NCBI GenBank assembly: GCA_963805975.1
Contig: CAWDVR010000001.1
Span: 1,216,001 to 1,280,000 of the forward strand
Direction: 5' to 3'
Source of the DNA: an uncultured Acidobacteriota bacterium
GTDB lineage: Bacteria > Acidobacteriota > Thermoanaerobaculia > Multivoradales > SZUA-115
Length of the DNA stretch: 64,000 nucleotides
Below the pieces are notes generated by a model, which had not been told where the DNA came from, ran no database searches, and was given only the letters and a program-made list of their open reading frames with translations. The position numbers were made by a program, and so were the translations under genes. Shown here in pieces: positions 49,592 through 57,983 of the stretch (position 1 is its first letter; the number at the start of each line of letters is the position of its first letter).

Positions 49592-51501
49592 CTCGTCCGG
49601 CGGCGCGGTGGCCGCTTGCCCGGAGCTCGTTTGCCTGGGGTTCGCTTACCTGGGGGCCGCTGGCCCGAGCGCTGGGGCGCCTTGCGTCTCTCCTTGCTCG
49701 GCGGCCCGGCCTGGGCGAGCCTGAAGTCGAGGCCCCGGTGGCGCTCGCTGACGCCGGCGAGCAGCACCTCGATTTCCTGCGCGAGCTGGAAGACGCGGCC
49801 GGTGCGGGCCCCAACCAGACGATGGGCCTCGGCCTCGAAGACGTAGAAGTCGTCGCCCAGCTCGCGCACCGGCAGCAGGCCGTCGACGAACAGCTCGTCG
49901 AGCTGGACGAAGCAGCCGAAGGCCGTGACCCCGGTCACCCGGCCGTGGAAGGTCTCGCCCACCCGCTCGGCCAGGAACCGCACCTTCTTCCACTGCAGGA
50001 GATCGCGCTCGGCCTGCTCGGCCCGGCGCTCGAGGAGGCTCGTCTGCTCCGCGATGGCCGGCAGGCGGAGGGCGAAGTCCTCCGCGCCACCGGGAGGCTC
50101 CTCGCTTCGCAGGAGCGCCTTGAGCACGCGGTGGACCACGAGGTCCGGATAGCGCCGGATCGGCGAGGTGAAGTGGGTGTAGGCCGGGGCGCCCAGGGCG
50201 TAGTGGCCCCGGCACTCCGGCGAGTAGAGCGCGCGGGCCACGGAACGCAGCACCAGCGACGAGACGAAGCCCGACTCCGGGCGCTCCGCGGACTGGGCCA
50301 GCACGTCCTGGAGGGCGGCCGGCGAGTGTGCCGCCAGCTCCGTGTCGAGCTTCACGCCCAGGGGGCGAAGCACCTCGGCGAGCTCTTCGAGCGCCGGCCC
50401 CGGCGGCGGATCGTGGACCCGATAGAGGCTGGGCGCAGCGCGGCGCTCGGTCTCCCCTGCCACCGCCTCGTTGGCGGCGATCATCAGCTCCTCGATCACC
50501 CGATGGGCCACGTTGCGCTCGGAGGCGCGGATGTCGATCGTGTGGCCCTCGTCGTCGAGCACCAGGTCACCGGTCGGCAGATCGAAGTCGATCGAGCCCC
50601 GTTCCACGCGCCTGCGGTTGAGGGCCCGCATCAGCCCGGCCATGTCGGTGAGCAGCGGCAGGACCTCGCCGTAGTGCGCCGCGTCGTCCTCTCGCGGCTC
50701 TTCGAGCACGCGGCGCACCTCGGTGTAGGTCAGGCGCCGCCGGCTCTGGATCACGGTCTCGGCGAAATGGCGCGCCCGGACGTTCCCCTCCGAGTCGAGA
50801 TCGAGGAACACCGAGAGGGTGAGCCGCGGCACCCCGGGCCGGAGCGAGCAGAGGCCGCTCGACAGCGCCTCGGGCAACATGGGAACGGCGCGATCGGGGA
50901 AGTAGACGCTGGTACCGCGCTCCAGGGCAGAGCGGTCGAGAGGCGTGCCCTCGACCACGTAGTGGGCCACGTCCGCGATGTGAACGCCGAGCCGAAAGCC
51001 GCCGTCGGCGCTCCGCCACAGAGAGATGGCGTCGTCGAAGTCGCGGGCGGTCTCGCCGTCGATCGTCACCACCAGCTCGCGGCGCATGTCCTCCCGGCCC
51101 CGCCAGTCCTCGGGGGTCGGGTCGGGCGGCAGCCGTTCGGCTGCGCGGAGGACGTCCTCGGGAAAACCCTCGGGGATCCCCGCGTGACGCAGGAGGACGG
51201 TGGTATCCACCCCCGGCGTCTCGGGGCGCCCCAGCACCTCGACGACATGACCGCGATGCGGGCGCCGCGGCTTGGGGTTCGGCTCGACGCGGGCCACCAC
51301 GTAGACCTTGTCCTCGAGCTCGTCGGCATCGACGAGCTCGATGTCGAGCGAGATCCGGGGATCGAAGGGCACGAGCCATCGCCGTCCGGCGCCGTCGGCC
51401 TCGATCGAGCCCACCATGAGCTGGGCCGCGGCTTCCACCGCGGCGCTGTCACCTGCAAGAGTCGCGGCGCTGTCGCCTGCAAGAGTCATATTGTTTGACA
51501 C
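49588..51501 (-). CDS. rnr: Ribonuclease R (VacB/RNB family)
   Basis: TIDGETARDFDDA, HFTSPIRRYPDL, S1 domain, basic C-terminal tail. Confidence 0.92.
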   Translation of the reverse strand: MSNNMTLAGDSAATLAGDSAAVEAAAQLMVGSIEADGAGRRWLVPFDPRISLDIELVDADELEDKVYVVARVEPNPKPRRPHRGHVVEVLGRPETPGVDTTVLLRHAGIPEGFPEDVLRAAERLPPDPTPEDWRGREDMRRELVVTIDGETARDFDDAISLWRSADGGFRLGVHIADVAHYVVEGTPLDRSALERGTSVYFPDRAVPMLPEALSSGLCSLRPGVPRLTLSVFLDLDSEGNVRARHFAETVIQSRRRLTYTEVRRVLEEPREDDAAHYGEVLPLLTDMAGLMRALNRRRVERGSIDFDLPTGDLVLDDEGHTIDIRASERNVAHRVIEELMIAANEAVAGETERRAAPSLYRVHDPPPGPALEELAEVLRPLGVKLDTELAAHSPAALQDVLAQSAERPESGFVSSLVLRSVARALYSPECRGHYALGAPAYTHFTSPIRRYPDLVVHRVLKALLRSEEPPGGAEDFALRLPAIAEQTSLLERRAEQAERDLLQWKKVRFLAERVGETFHGRVTGVTAFGCFVQLDELFVDGLLPVRELGDDFYVFEAEAHRLVGARTGRVFQLAQEIEVLLAGVSERHRGLDFRLAQAGPPSKERRKAPQRSGQRPPGKRTPGKRAPGKRPPRRRTR

Positions 51502-51545
51502 CCCTCTAGGTCTTCCCTAGAATTCCCGGACCGCGAAACTGGCGG

Positions 51546-51635
<90 letters not shown>

Positions 51636-51753
51636 CTCACTCTCATCCTTCTCATCCGGTAGTAGATTCGCTGGCTGGGCGACGGTCGCGTCGCTGGGCG
51701 GCGACCGCTCGCCACCCTGACCGGGCGGCCGAGCCGGCAAGCCGAGGAGGGCT

Positions 51754-52026
51754 CTAGGAAGCGGCGACCTGCTGCTTGGAGAGCACGAAATCGGCGAGCG
51801 CGTCCACGGAAGCCAGGGCACGGGCGCCGACCTCCTCGTCCTCGACCTTGACGCCGAACTCCTGCTCGATGCCGAGCACCAGCTCCAAGGCGTCGATCGA
51901 GTCCAGCCCCAGGCCTTCTCCGAACAGCGGGGTCGTGTCGCCGATCTGCGATGGTTCGACGTCGAGCTTGAGGCGCTCGACGATGGTCTTTTTGATCCGG
52001 GCCTTTAGATCCAATACATCCGTCAT
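51754..52026 (-). CDS. Acyl carrier protein
   Basis: LFGEGLGLDSIDALEL phosphopantetheine motif. Confidence 0.92.
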   Translation of the reverse strand: MTDVLDLKARIKKTIVERLKLDVEPSQIGDTTPLFGEGLGLDSIDALELVLGIEQEFGVKVEDEEVGARALASVDALADFVLSKQQVAAS

Positions 52027-52095
52027 GCCGCGAATGCTAGCACAGGGTTCCGAGGGCTTCATGAACCCGATGGCGGGTGCGTCGGGAGCGCGGCG

Positions 52096-52175
52096 GATGG
52101 ATTCCCGCTTTCGCGGGAATGACGTAGAGGAGAGCGGCTGCCCCTCTGTCATTCCCGCGAAAGCGGGAATCCATC
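52096..52175. repeat. Inverted pair of REP-like palindromes (GTCATTCCCGCGAAAGCGGGAATCCATC)
   Basis: 28-bp perfect inverted repeats at 52096-52123 and 52148-52175, each internally palindromic. Confidence 0.9.
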
Positions 52176-52179
52176 GACC

Positions 52180-52938
52180 TCAGGCCATGATGAGGCCGCC
52201 ATCCAGCCTCAGCACCTGCCCCGTCATGTACCCCGCCTCTTCGGACGCCAGGTACGCCACCAGCGCCGCCACCTCCTCGGGCCTTCCGATGCGCTTCAGC
52301 GGGACCTCGGCGAGGTACTGCTGGAGCTTCTGAGGCGGTACCGAGGACAGCATCTCGGTGTCGATGAAGCCGGGGGCCACGGCGTTGGCCGTCACTCCAT
52401 AGGAGGCCACCTCGCGGGCCAGCGCCTTGGTGAAGGCGATGAGGCCGCCCTTGGCCGCGCTGTAGTGCGTCTGGCCGATCTGGCCGCCCACGCCGCTGGC
52501 GCTGGCGATCGAGATCACCCTTCCCCACCGCGTCTTGAGCATGCCCTTGAGCAAGGCCTTGGTGAGCACATAGGGGCCCTTGAGGTTCACGTCCATGACC
52601 TCGTCCCAGTCCTTCTCCGGCAGGAAGGCGAGGAGCGAGTCGCGGATCAGGCCCGCGTTGTGGACCAGGACCCCGACCGCGCCGAGGTCGTCTTCCACCG
52701 CGGCCGCCACCCGTTTCACTTCCGCCGCATCCCGCAGATCCAGAGCATAGGCCCGGGCGCCGAGCTCCGCGGCCAGCCTCTGCGCAGGCTCACGCTGGCT
52801 GCGGTAGGTGATGGCTACACGGCAGCCACGGGCAGCCAGCTCCCGCGCGCACGCGGCGCCGATGCCGCCGGCCGCGCCGGTGACCAGCGCGGTGCGCACC
52901 GGGCTCACCCCGGAGTCGATCATCCGGGGCTCGATCAT
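52180..52938 (-). CDS. fabG: 3-oxoacyl-ACP reductase (FabG-like SDR)
   Basis: TGAAGGIG, HNAG, YSAAK, APGFIDT. Confidence 0.88.
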   Translation of the reverse strand: MIEPRMIDSGVSPVRTALVTGAAGGIGAACARELAARGCRVAITYRSQREPAQRLAAELGARAYALDLRDAAEVKRVAAAVEDDLGAVGVLVHNAGLIRDSLLAFLPEKDWDEVMDVNLKGPYVLTKALLKGMLKTRWGRVISIASASGVGGQIGQTHYSAAKGGLIAFTKALAREVASYGVTANAVAPGFIDTEMLSSVPPQKLQQYLAEVPLKRIGRPEEVAALVAYLASEEAGYMTGQVLRLDGGLIMA

Positions 52939-53885
52939 CCGAGGCTCGCTTCGACGCTGGGCGCCGGGACGGCGAAGGGCTCTTCCGGGAGGCGGCTCGA
53001 CGCCTCCCGGAGCGCGAGCGTCGCGGCCACGCTCTGCCAGGGCAGCGCGGCGAGCAGCGTGCGGAACCGCTCGCGATATCCGAGCCTCCCGGTCTCGTGG
53101 ACGAAGTGGGCGAGGCCCGTCAGGCGGCCGGGCGTGGGACGGCCGGAGACCTCCCACGGGTGGACCACTGCGAGCGGCAGGCCACCCCGGCGTTGCATCG
53201 ACCGCGCCGCAGCCACCACCCAGGAAGCCGGGAGGGACCGGCCCGTCCAGCTTCCGGCCGGCAGGCGCAACGGGCCGCCCAGGGGCAGCGGGGGCAGCTC
53301 GAGGAGGCTCGGTCCGGGGCCGGCGGCCCCGCGGTCCGGCCAGGTCAGGCGCGTGGGCCACCGCGGGTTGCCGAGGCTCCCGGCACCCCAATAGGGCGCG
53401 AGCGAGCTGTCGTACTCGTAGCCCAGGGCCGCCAGCTCGGCGAGGCGCGGGTTCCCGGGCTCGCGGAGCGACCACTCCGGCGCCCTGAAGCCGCGCACGG
53501 GCGCGCCGGTCAGATCCTCGAGCATGGCCTTCGAGTCCCGAGCCTGCGCGACGAAGTCCCGCACCGGGAGGTCGTTTGCCCGCAGGTGATGGAAGGAGTG
53601 GCTGCCGATCTCGTGGCCGGCGGCGGCGATCTCCCGGATGCGCCCTCCGTGCCCTGCGGCGACCTCGCCCAGCACGAAGAACGTGGCCTGTCGTCCCGCC
53701 TCAGCCAAGAGGTCGAGGAGCTCCGGCAGCAGGAAACCCAGCTCCTCCGCCAGGCCCGCGGGCCGCAGCTCGGGCCGCACGTAGGCCGGCACCAGGCAGG
53801 TGTGGTACCACTCCTCCACGTCCACCGAGAGCGCGTAGCCGAACGGCCCGCTGATCCGGGCCAGATGAGGGAGCTCAGGCCTCAT
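52935..53885 (-). CDS. Polysaccharide deacetylase family protein (DUF3473-like)
   Basis: SVDVEEWY, ATFFVLG, HEIGSHS, GFRAPEWS, YDSS, HPWE. Confidence 0.88.
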   Translation of the reverse strand: MRPELPHLARISGPFGYALSVDVEEWYHTCLVPAYVRPELRPAGLAEELGFLLPELLDLLAEAGRQATFFVLGEVAAGHGGRIREIAAAGHEIGSHSFHHLRANDLPVRDFVAQARDSKAMLEDLTGAPVRGFRAPEWSLREPGNPRLAELAALGYEYDSSLAPYWGAGSLGNPRWPTRLTWPDRGAAGPGPSLLELPPLPLGGPLRLPAGSWTGRSLPASWVVAAARSMQRRGGLPLAVVHPWEVSGRPTPGRLTGLAHFVHETGRLGYRERFRTLLAALPWQSVAATLALREASSRLPEEPFAVPAPSVEASLG

Positions 53886-54570
53886 CGAAGACCTTGAAGT
53901 AGACCGCGGCCCAGGAGATGCGGAGTGTGTCCCGGATCGGTTGGAAATGGCTGGGAGCCCCGTCGTAGATGGTGGCGATCGGCACGTGGCCGATCTTGGC
54001 GCCGAGCGCCGCGGCCTTGAGCAGCATCTCGGACTCGATGGCATAGCCGCGGGAAGAGAGACGCAGGCGCCGCGCCAGCCTCGCCGACAGGAGCCGGTAG
54101 CCGGACTGGCTGTCCTCCAGCTCGACGCCGCTCATCCAGGTGAGGACCCGGGAGCCGATGTAGTTGGTGAAGTAGCGGGCCCGGGGAATGCACTCACTGT
54201 CCCGGAGCCGCGAGCCGATGATCAGCTCGCCCTTCCCGGCCTCCCAGGCGCCGATCAGCCCGGGAAGGTCCGCCGGTGCGTGCTGACCGTCGCCATCGAG
54301 CAGGACGATCGCTTCCGGCGAGGAGGGGGCCGCGGGCGAGCCGGCCAGCGCCAGCTCCAGGCCGCGCCGCAGGGCGGCACCCTTGCCCTGGTTGGTCGCC
54401 AGACGCTCCACCCGGGCTCCGGCGGCTTGCGCGGCCTCGGCCGTCCCGTCGCTCGAGCCGTCGTCCACCACGATCACGGTGCCCACGTGATCGAGACAGC
54501 CGGCGACCACCCGGCCGATCGTGGGAGCGCAGTTGAAGGCGGGGATGGTGGCGACCAGGTCGCGGTGCAC
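53875..54570 (-). CDS. Glycosyltransferase family 2
   Basis: IPAFN, VDDGSSDGT, DGDGQH, DSQSGYR. Confidence 0.92.
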   Translation of the reverse strand: MHRDLVATIPAFNCAPTIGRVVAGCLDHVGTVIVVDDGSSDGTAEAAQAAGARVERLATNQGKGAALRRGLELALAGSPAAPSSPEAIVLLDGDGQHAPADLPGLIGAWEAGKGELIIGSRLRDSECIPRARYFTNYIGSRVLTWMSGVELEDSQSGYRLLSARLARRLRLSSRGYAIESEMLLKAAALGAKIGHVPIATIYDGAPSHFQPIRDTLRISWAAVYFKVFDEA

Positions 54571-54646
54571 CCATAAAGTCTAGCCCGATCCTTGCTCGCT
54601 TGCGGTCCTTGTGACATCGTTCACGAGTTCGCTAGACTTGCGCGCC

Positions 54647-55054
54647 ATGCCCCAAGACTATTACCCCGTGCTGCTGGCCCTGGGGGTCGGCATCCTGGTC
54701 GGAACCGGCATGCTCGTGGTGTCGCGTCTGCTCGGCAAACAGGTCGGGGGCCGCTCGAAGCTCACCCCCTACGAGTCCGGCGTCCCGCTCCTCGACCGCT
54801 CGCACAAGCGCCTGTCGATCGCCTTTTTTCTCGTCGCCATCGACTTCATCGTCTTCGACCTCGAGGCCGCCTTCCTCTTTCCCTGGGCTCTGGTGATGAA
54901 GGAAAAGGGCTGGCCGCTCTTCTGGCCGGTGATGGGCTTCGTGGCCCTGATCCTGGTGGGCTACGCCTACGTGTGGCGCAAGGGCGGCCTGGATATTGGC
55001 CTTAAGAGCAATGCGGGCCTCAAGAGCAGGCAAGTGGAAAGGTTGGGCGGCTGA
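54647..55054 (+). CDS. nuoA: NADH-quinone oxidoreductase subunit A
   Basis: PYESG, FIVFDLE...FPWA, WRKGGL. Confidence 0.95.
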   Translation: MPQDYYPVLLALGVGILVGTGMLVVSRLLGKQVGGRSKLTPYESGVPLLDRSHKRLSIAFFLVAIDFIVFDLEAAFLFPWALVMKEKGWPLFWPVMGFVALILVGYAYVWRKGGLDIGLKSNAGLKSRQVERLGG

Positions 55055-55524
55055 TGGTGCTCTCGGCCGAGGTCCGCCAGCAGATCGCCGAGGCGCGGCG
55101 CCGCTACCCCACGGAGCGGGCAGCCCTGCTGCCGGCGCTGCACATCGCGCAGGACGCCTCCGGCGGCTGGTTGCCGGACGCGGTGATCGACGCGGTGGCC
55201 GCCGAGCTGCACCTCGATCCGGCGGACGTCTACGGCGTGGTCACCTTCTACGACCTCTACCACCAGAAGCCGGTCGGCCGGCACCGCATCCGGGTGTGCA
55301 CCAACGTACCCTGCATGCTGCGCGGCTCGGACGGCATCCTGGCCACGCTCAAGGCCGAGCTCGGGGTGGACGAGGACGAGGTGACGCCCGACGGCCGCTG
55401 CTCCTACGTCCACTTCGAATGCCTGGGCTCCTGCGACACGGCGCCGATGATGATGGTCGACCAGGACTACCACGAGAACCTGACGCACGAGCAAGTGCGC
55501 GAGATCGTCAAGGGGCTTGCCTAG
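55054..55524 (+). CDS. nuoE: NADH-quinone oxidoreductase subunit E
   Basis: VVTFY, CTNVPC, ECLGSC. Confidence 0.95.
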   Translation: MVLSAEVRQQIAEARRRYPTERAALLPALHIAQDASGGWLPDAVIDAVAAELHLDPADVYGVVTFYDLYHQKPVGRHRIRVCTNVPCMLRGSDGILATLKAELGVDEDEVTPDGRCSYVHFECLGSCDTAPMMMVDQDYHENLTHEQVREIVKGLA

Positions 55525-56597
55525 TGTACCGTCCTCGTAATCCGCGCAAGGATGCGGTTGTGGTTACGGACGATGCGGTGTGGGGACTTGGTCCAGACAA
55601 AGGGCGTGGGGTTGTCGTTCCAAGCTCGCAGGAAGTCCTTGATGTGGCGCATGAGAGCGGCCTTCGATGGGAAGCTCGTACGTCGCAGGCTGCGACGGGT
55701 CAGGATGCTGAAGAATCCCTCTACTTGGTTGAGCCAGGAAGCACTGGTGGGAGTGAAGTGAAAGGTGATCCGAGGGTTCTTCGTCAACCAGGCCTGGACC
55801 TCGGGTGTCTTGTGAGTGGAGGAGTTGTCCAGGACGACGTGCAATTCGCGCCGCGGAAACTCGCGCTGGAGCCGATCGAGGAAACTAAGGAAGTCCGCGC
55901 CGGTGTGAGAGTCCCGACAGTCTCCGACCACTCGGCCCGTCGCCAGTTCCAAAGCCGCGTAGAGGTCTGTGACTCCATGCCTCTTGTAGTCGTGGGTGCG
56001 CCGTTGCGGTTGCCCGGACCTCAAGGGCAGCAAAGGTTGGGTTCTCTCCAGCGCCTGAACTTGGGTCTTCTCGTCCAGACACAGCACGACAGCCTTCTCC
56101 GGCGGGTTCAGGTACAGACCCACCACGTCCTGGACCTTCTCAGCGAACCGCGGATCCTTGCTGACTTTGAAGGTCTGCTGCAGATGCGGCTTCAGGTCGT
56201 TCGCCCGAAGAATCTTATGCACGACCGTGTGCCCCAGCTTCACCCGAACCGCCAGCTGCCGAACCGACCAGTGCGAGTAGCCGGCCGGCGGCGGCTCCAT
56301 CACCGTCTTCACGATCTCGCGCACCTTCGCCTCCGAGACGTTGTTCCCGCGACCCGGCTTGGGCTGGTCCGCCAAGCCGGCCACGCCTCCACGTTCGAAG
56401 CGCTTGCGCAGGCGGCTGACCTGGGGAACCGAAAGGTGAAGACGCTTCGCGATCTCCACGCCCGAGACCCCCTCGTGGGCCAACAAAACCAGCCGAGCCC
56501 GACGCACATGGCCCGCCGGCGCTGTCGGCTGAGCCACCAAGGCTTCCAGAGCCGCCCGATCTCGGGCACTCACACGAAGAACCCTCGTCTTTCCCAT
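55521..56597 (-). CDS. IS630 family transposase
   Basis: LDEKTQVQAL, HDYKRHG, VLDNSSTHK, SWLNQVEGFF (DDE). Confidence 0.95.
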   Translation of the reverse strand: MGKTRVLRVSARDRAALEALVAQPTAPAGHVRRARLVLLAHEGVSGVEIAKRLHLSVPQVSRLRKRFERGGVAGLADQPKPGRGNNVSEAKVREIVKTVMEPPPAGYSHWSVRQLAVRVKLGHTVVHKILRANDLKPHLQQTFKVSKDPRFAEKVQDVVGLYLNPPEKAVVLCLDEKTQVQALERTQPLLPLRSGQPQRRTHDYKRHGVTDLYAALELATGRVVGDCRDSHTGADFLSFLDRLQREFPRRELHVVLDNSSTHKTPEVQAWLTKNPRITFHFTPTSASWLNQVEGFFSILTRRSLRRTSFPSKAALMRHIKDFLRAWNDNPTPFVWTKSPHRIVRNHNRILARITRTVH

Positions 56598-56657
56598 GCT
56601 CCTTCATACGAATCTACCTCGATCTTCGTTACACCTATTTCGAGGACGACACACTAG
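55521..56657 (-). mobile_element. IS630 family insertion sequence
   Basis: CTAG at both ends; imperfect terminal IRs CTAGTGTACCGTCCTCGTAAT / CTAGTGTGTCGTCCTCGAAAT; lower GC than its neighbours. Confidence 0.93.
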
Positions 56658-57944
56658 ATGGTTTCCGAGCCCGTCCTGATGCGCAACGTCGGCCACCCGG
56701 AGGCCCTGACGGTCCAGGGCTACCGGGACCGTGGCGGCTACGTGGGCCTGGCCAAGGGACTGGCCATGACGCCCGAGGCGCTGATCGAGGAAGTGAAAGC
56801 CTCGGGCCTGCGGGGCCGCGGCGGCGCCGGCTTCCCCACCGGCTCCAAGTGGAGCTTCGTTCCGAAGAGCAAGGACAAGCCGAAGTACATCGTCTGCAAC
56901 GCGGACGAGTCCGAGCCCGGCACTTTCAAGGACCGCCTGCTGATGGAGAAAGACCCCCATCAGTTGATCGAGGGCTGCGCGCTGGCCGGTTACGCCGTGG
57001 GCGCGGAGACGACCTACATCTACATCCGCGGCGAGTACACCTATGCGGCTCGCGTGCTCGACGACGCCATCCGCGAGGCCTACGCCGCCGGTTTCCTGGG
57101 CGAGAACATCTTGGGGTCCGGCTTCCGGCACGACATGTACGTCCATCGCGGCGCCGGCGCCTACATCTGCGGCGAGGAGACCGGGCTGCTCGAGTCGCTC
57201 GAGGGCAAGCGCGGCCAGCCCAGGGTGAAGCCGCCGTTCCCCGCCGTGGTCGGCGCCTTCGGCTGCCCGACGGTGATCAACAACGTCGAGACCCTGTGCT
57301 GCGTGCCGCACATCCTGGAGCGCGGCGCGGCGTGGTTCAAGGCCATCGGCACCGACGAGCGCAACACCGGCCCCAAGCTCTACGCGGTCTCCGGCCACGT
57401 GGAGCGGCCCGGCACCTACGAGCTGCCGATCGGCGTCACCTTCGACGAGCTGCTCGAGGTCTGCGGCGGCATGTGGCAGGGCCGGGCGCTCAAGGCCTAC
57501 ATCCCGGGCGGCGCCTCCGCGGCCGTGCTCACTGCCGAGGACCGCGGCTTGAAGCTCGACTTCGACACCATGGCCAAGGCCGGCAGCATGCTCGGCTCGG
57601 CGGCGGTGATGGTGCTCGACGAGACCACGGACATGGTGCGGGTGGCCTACCGCTTCGCCAAGTTCTTCAGCCACGAGTCCTGCGGCCAGTGCACGCCCTG
57701 CCGCGAGGGCACCAACTGGCAGGAGCTGATCCTCGAGCGCGTCCTCCACGGCCACGGCCGGCCGAGCGACGTGGACCTGTTGATCAACGTCAGCGACCGC
57801 ATCGGCGGCAACTCGCTCTGTGCCCTGGGTGACGCCGCCGTGGGCCCGGCGCGATCGATCGCCATGAAGTTCCGCCACGAGTTCCTGGCCAAGATGCCGG
57901 CGGCGGCCCCCGAGGCGCGCGTCGCGCTGCCCATCGCGAGCTAG
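56658..57944 (+). CDS. nuoF: NADH-quinone oxidoreductase subunit F
   Basis: GRGGAGFPTG, NADESEPG, YICGEET, ESCGQCTPCREG. Confidence 0.97.
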   Translation: MVSEPVLMRNVGHPEALTVQGYRDRGGYVGLAKGLAMTPEALIEEVKASGLRGRGGAGFPTGSKWSFVPKSKDKPKYIVCNADESEPGTFKDRLLMEKDPHQLIEGCALAGYAVGAETTYIYIRGEYTYAARVLDDAIREAYAAGFLGENILGSGFRHDMYVHRGAGAYICGEETGLLESLEGKRGQPRVKPPFPAVVGAFGCPTVINNVETLCCVPHILERGAAWFKAIGTDERNTGPKLYAVSGHVERPGTYELPIGVTFDELLEVCGGMWQGRALKAYIPGGASAAVLTAEDRGLKLDFDTMAKAGSMLGSAAVMVLDETTDMVRVAYRFAKFFSHESCGQCTPCREGTNWQELILERVLHGHGRPSDVDLLINVSDRIGGNSLCALGDAAVGPARSIAMKFRHEFLAKMPAAAPEARVALPIAS

Positions 57945-57983
57945 AGCGCCGCGCGAGCCACCCGAGACTGGAGCCCGGACCCG

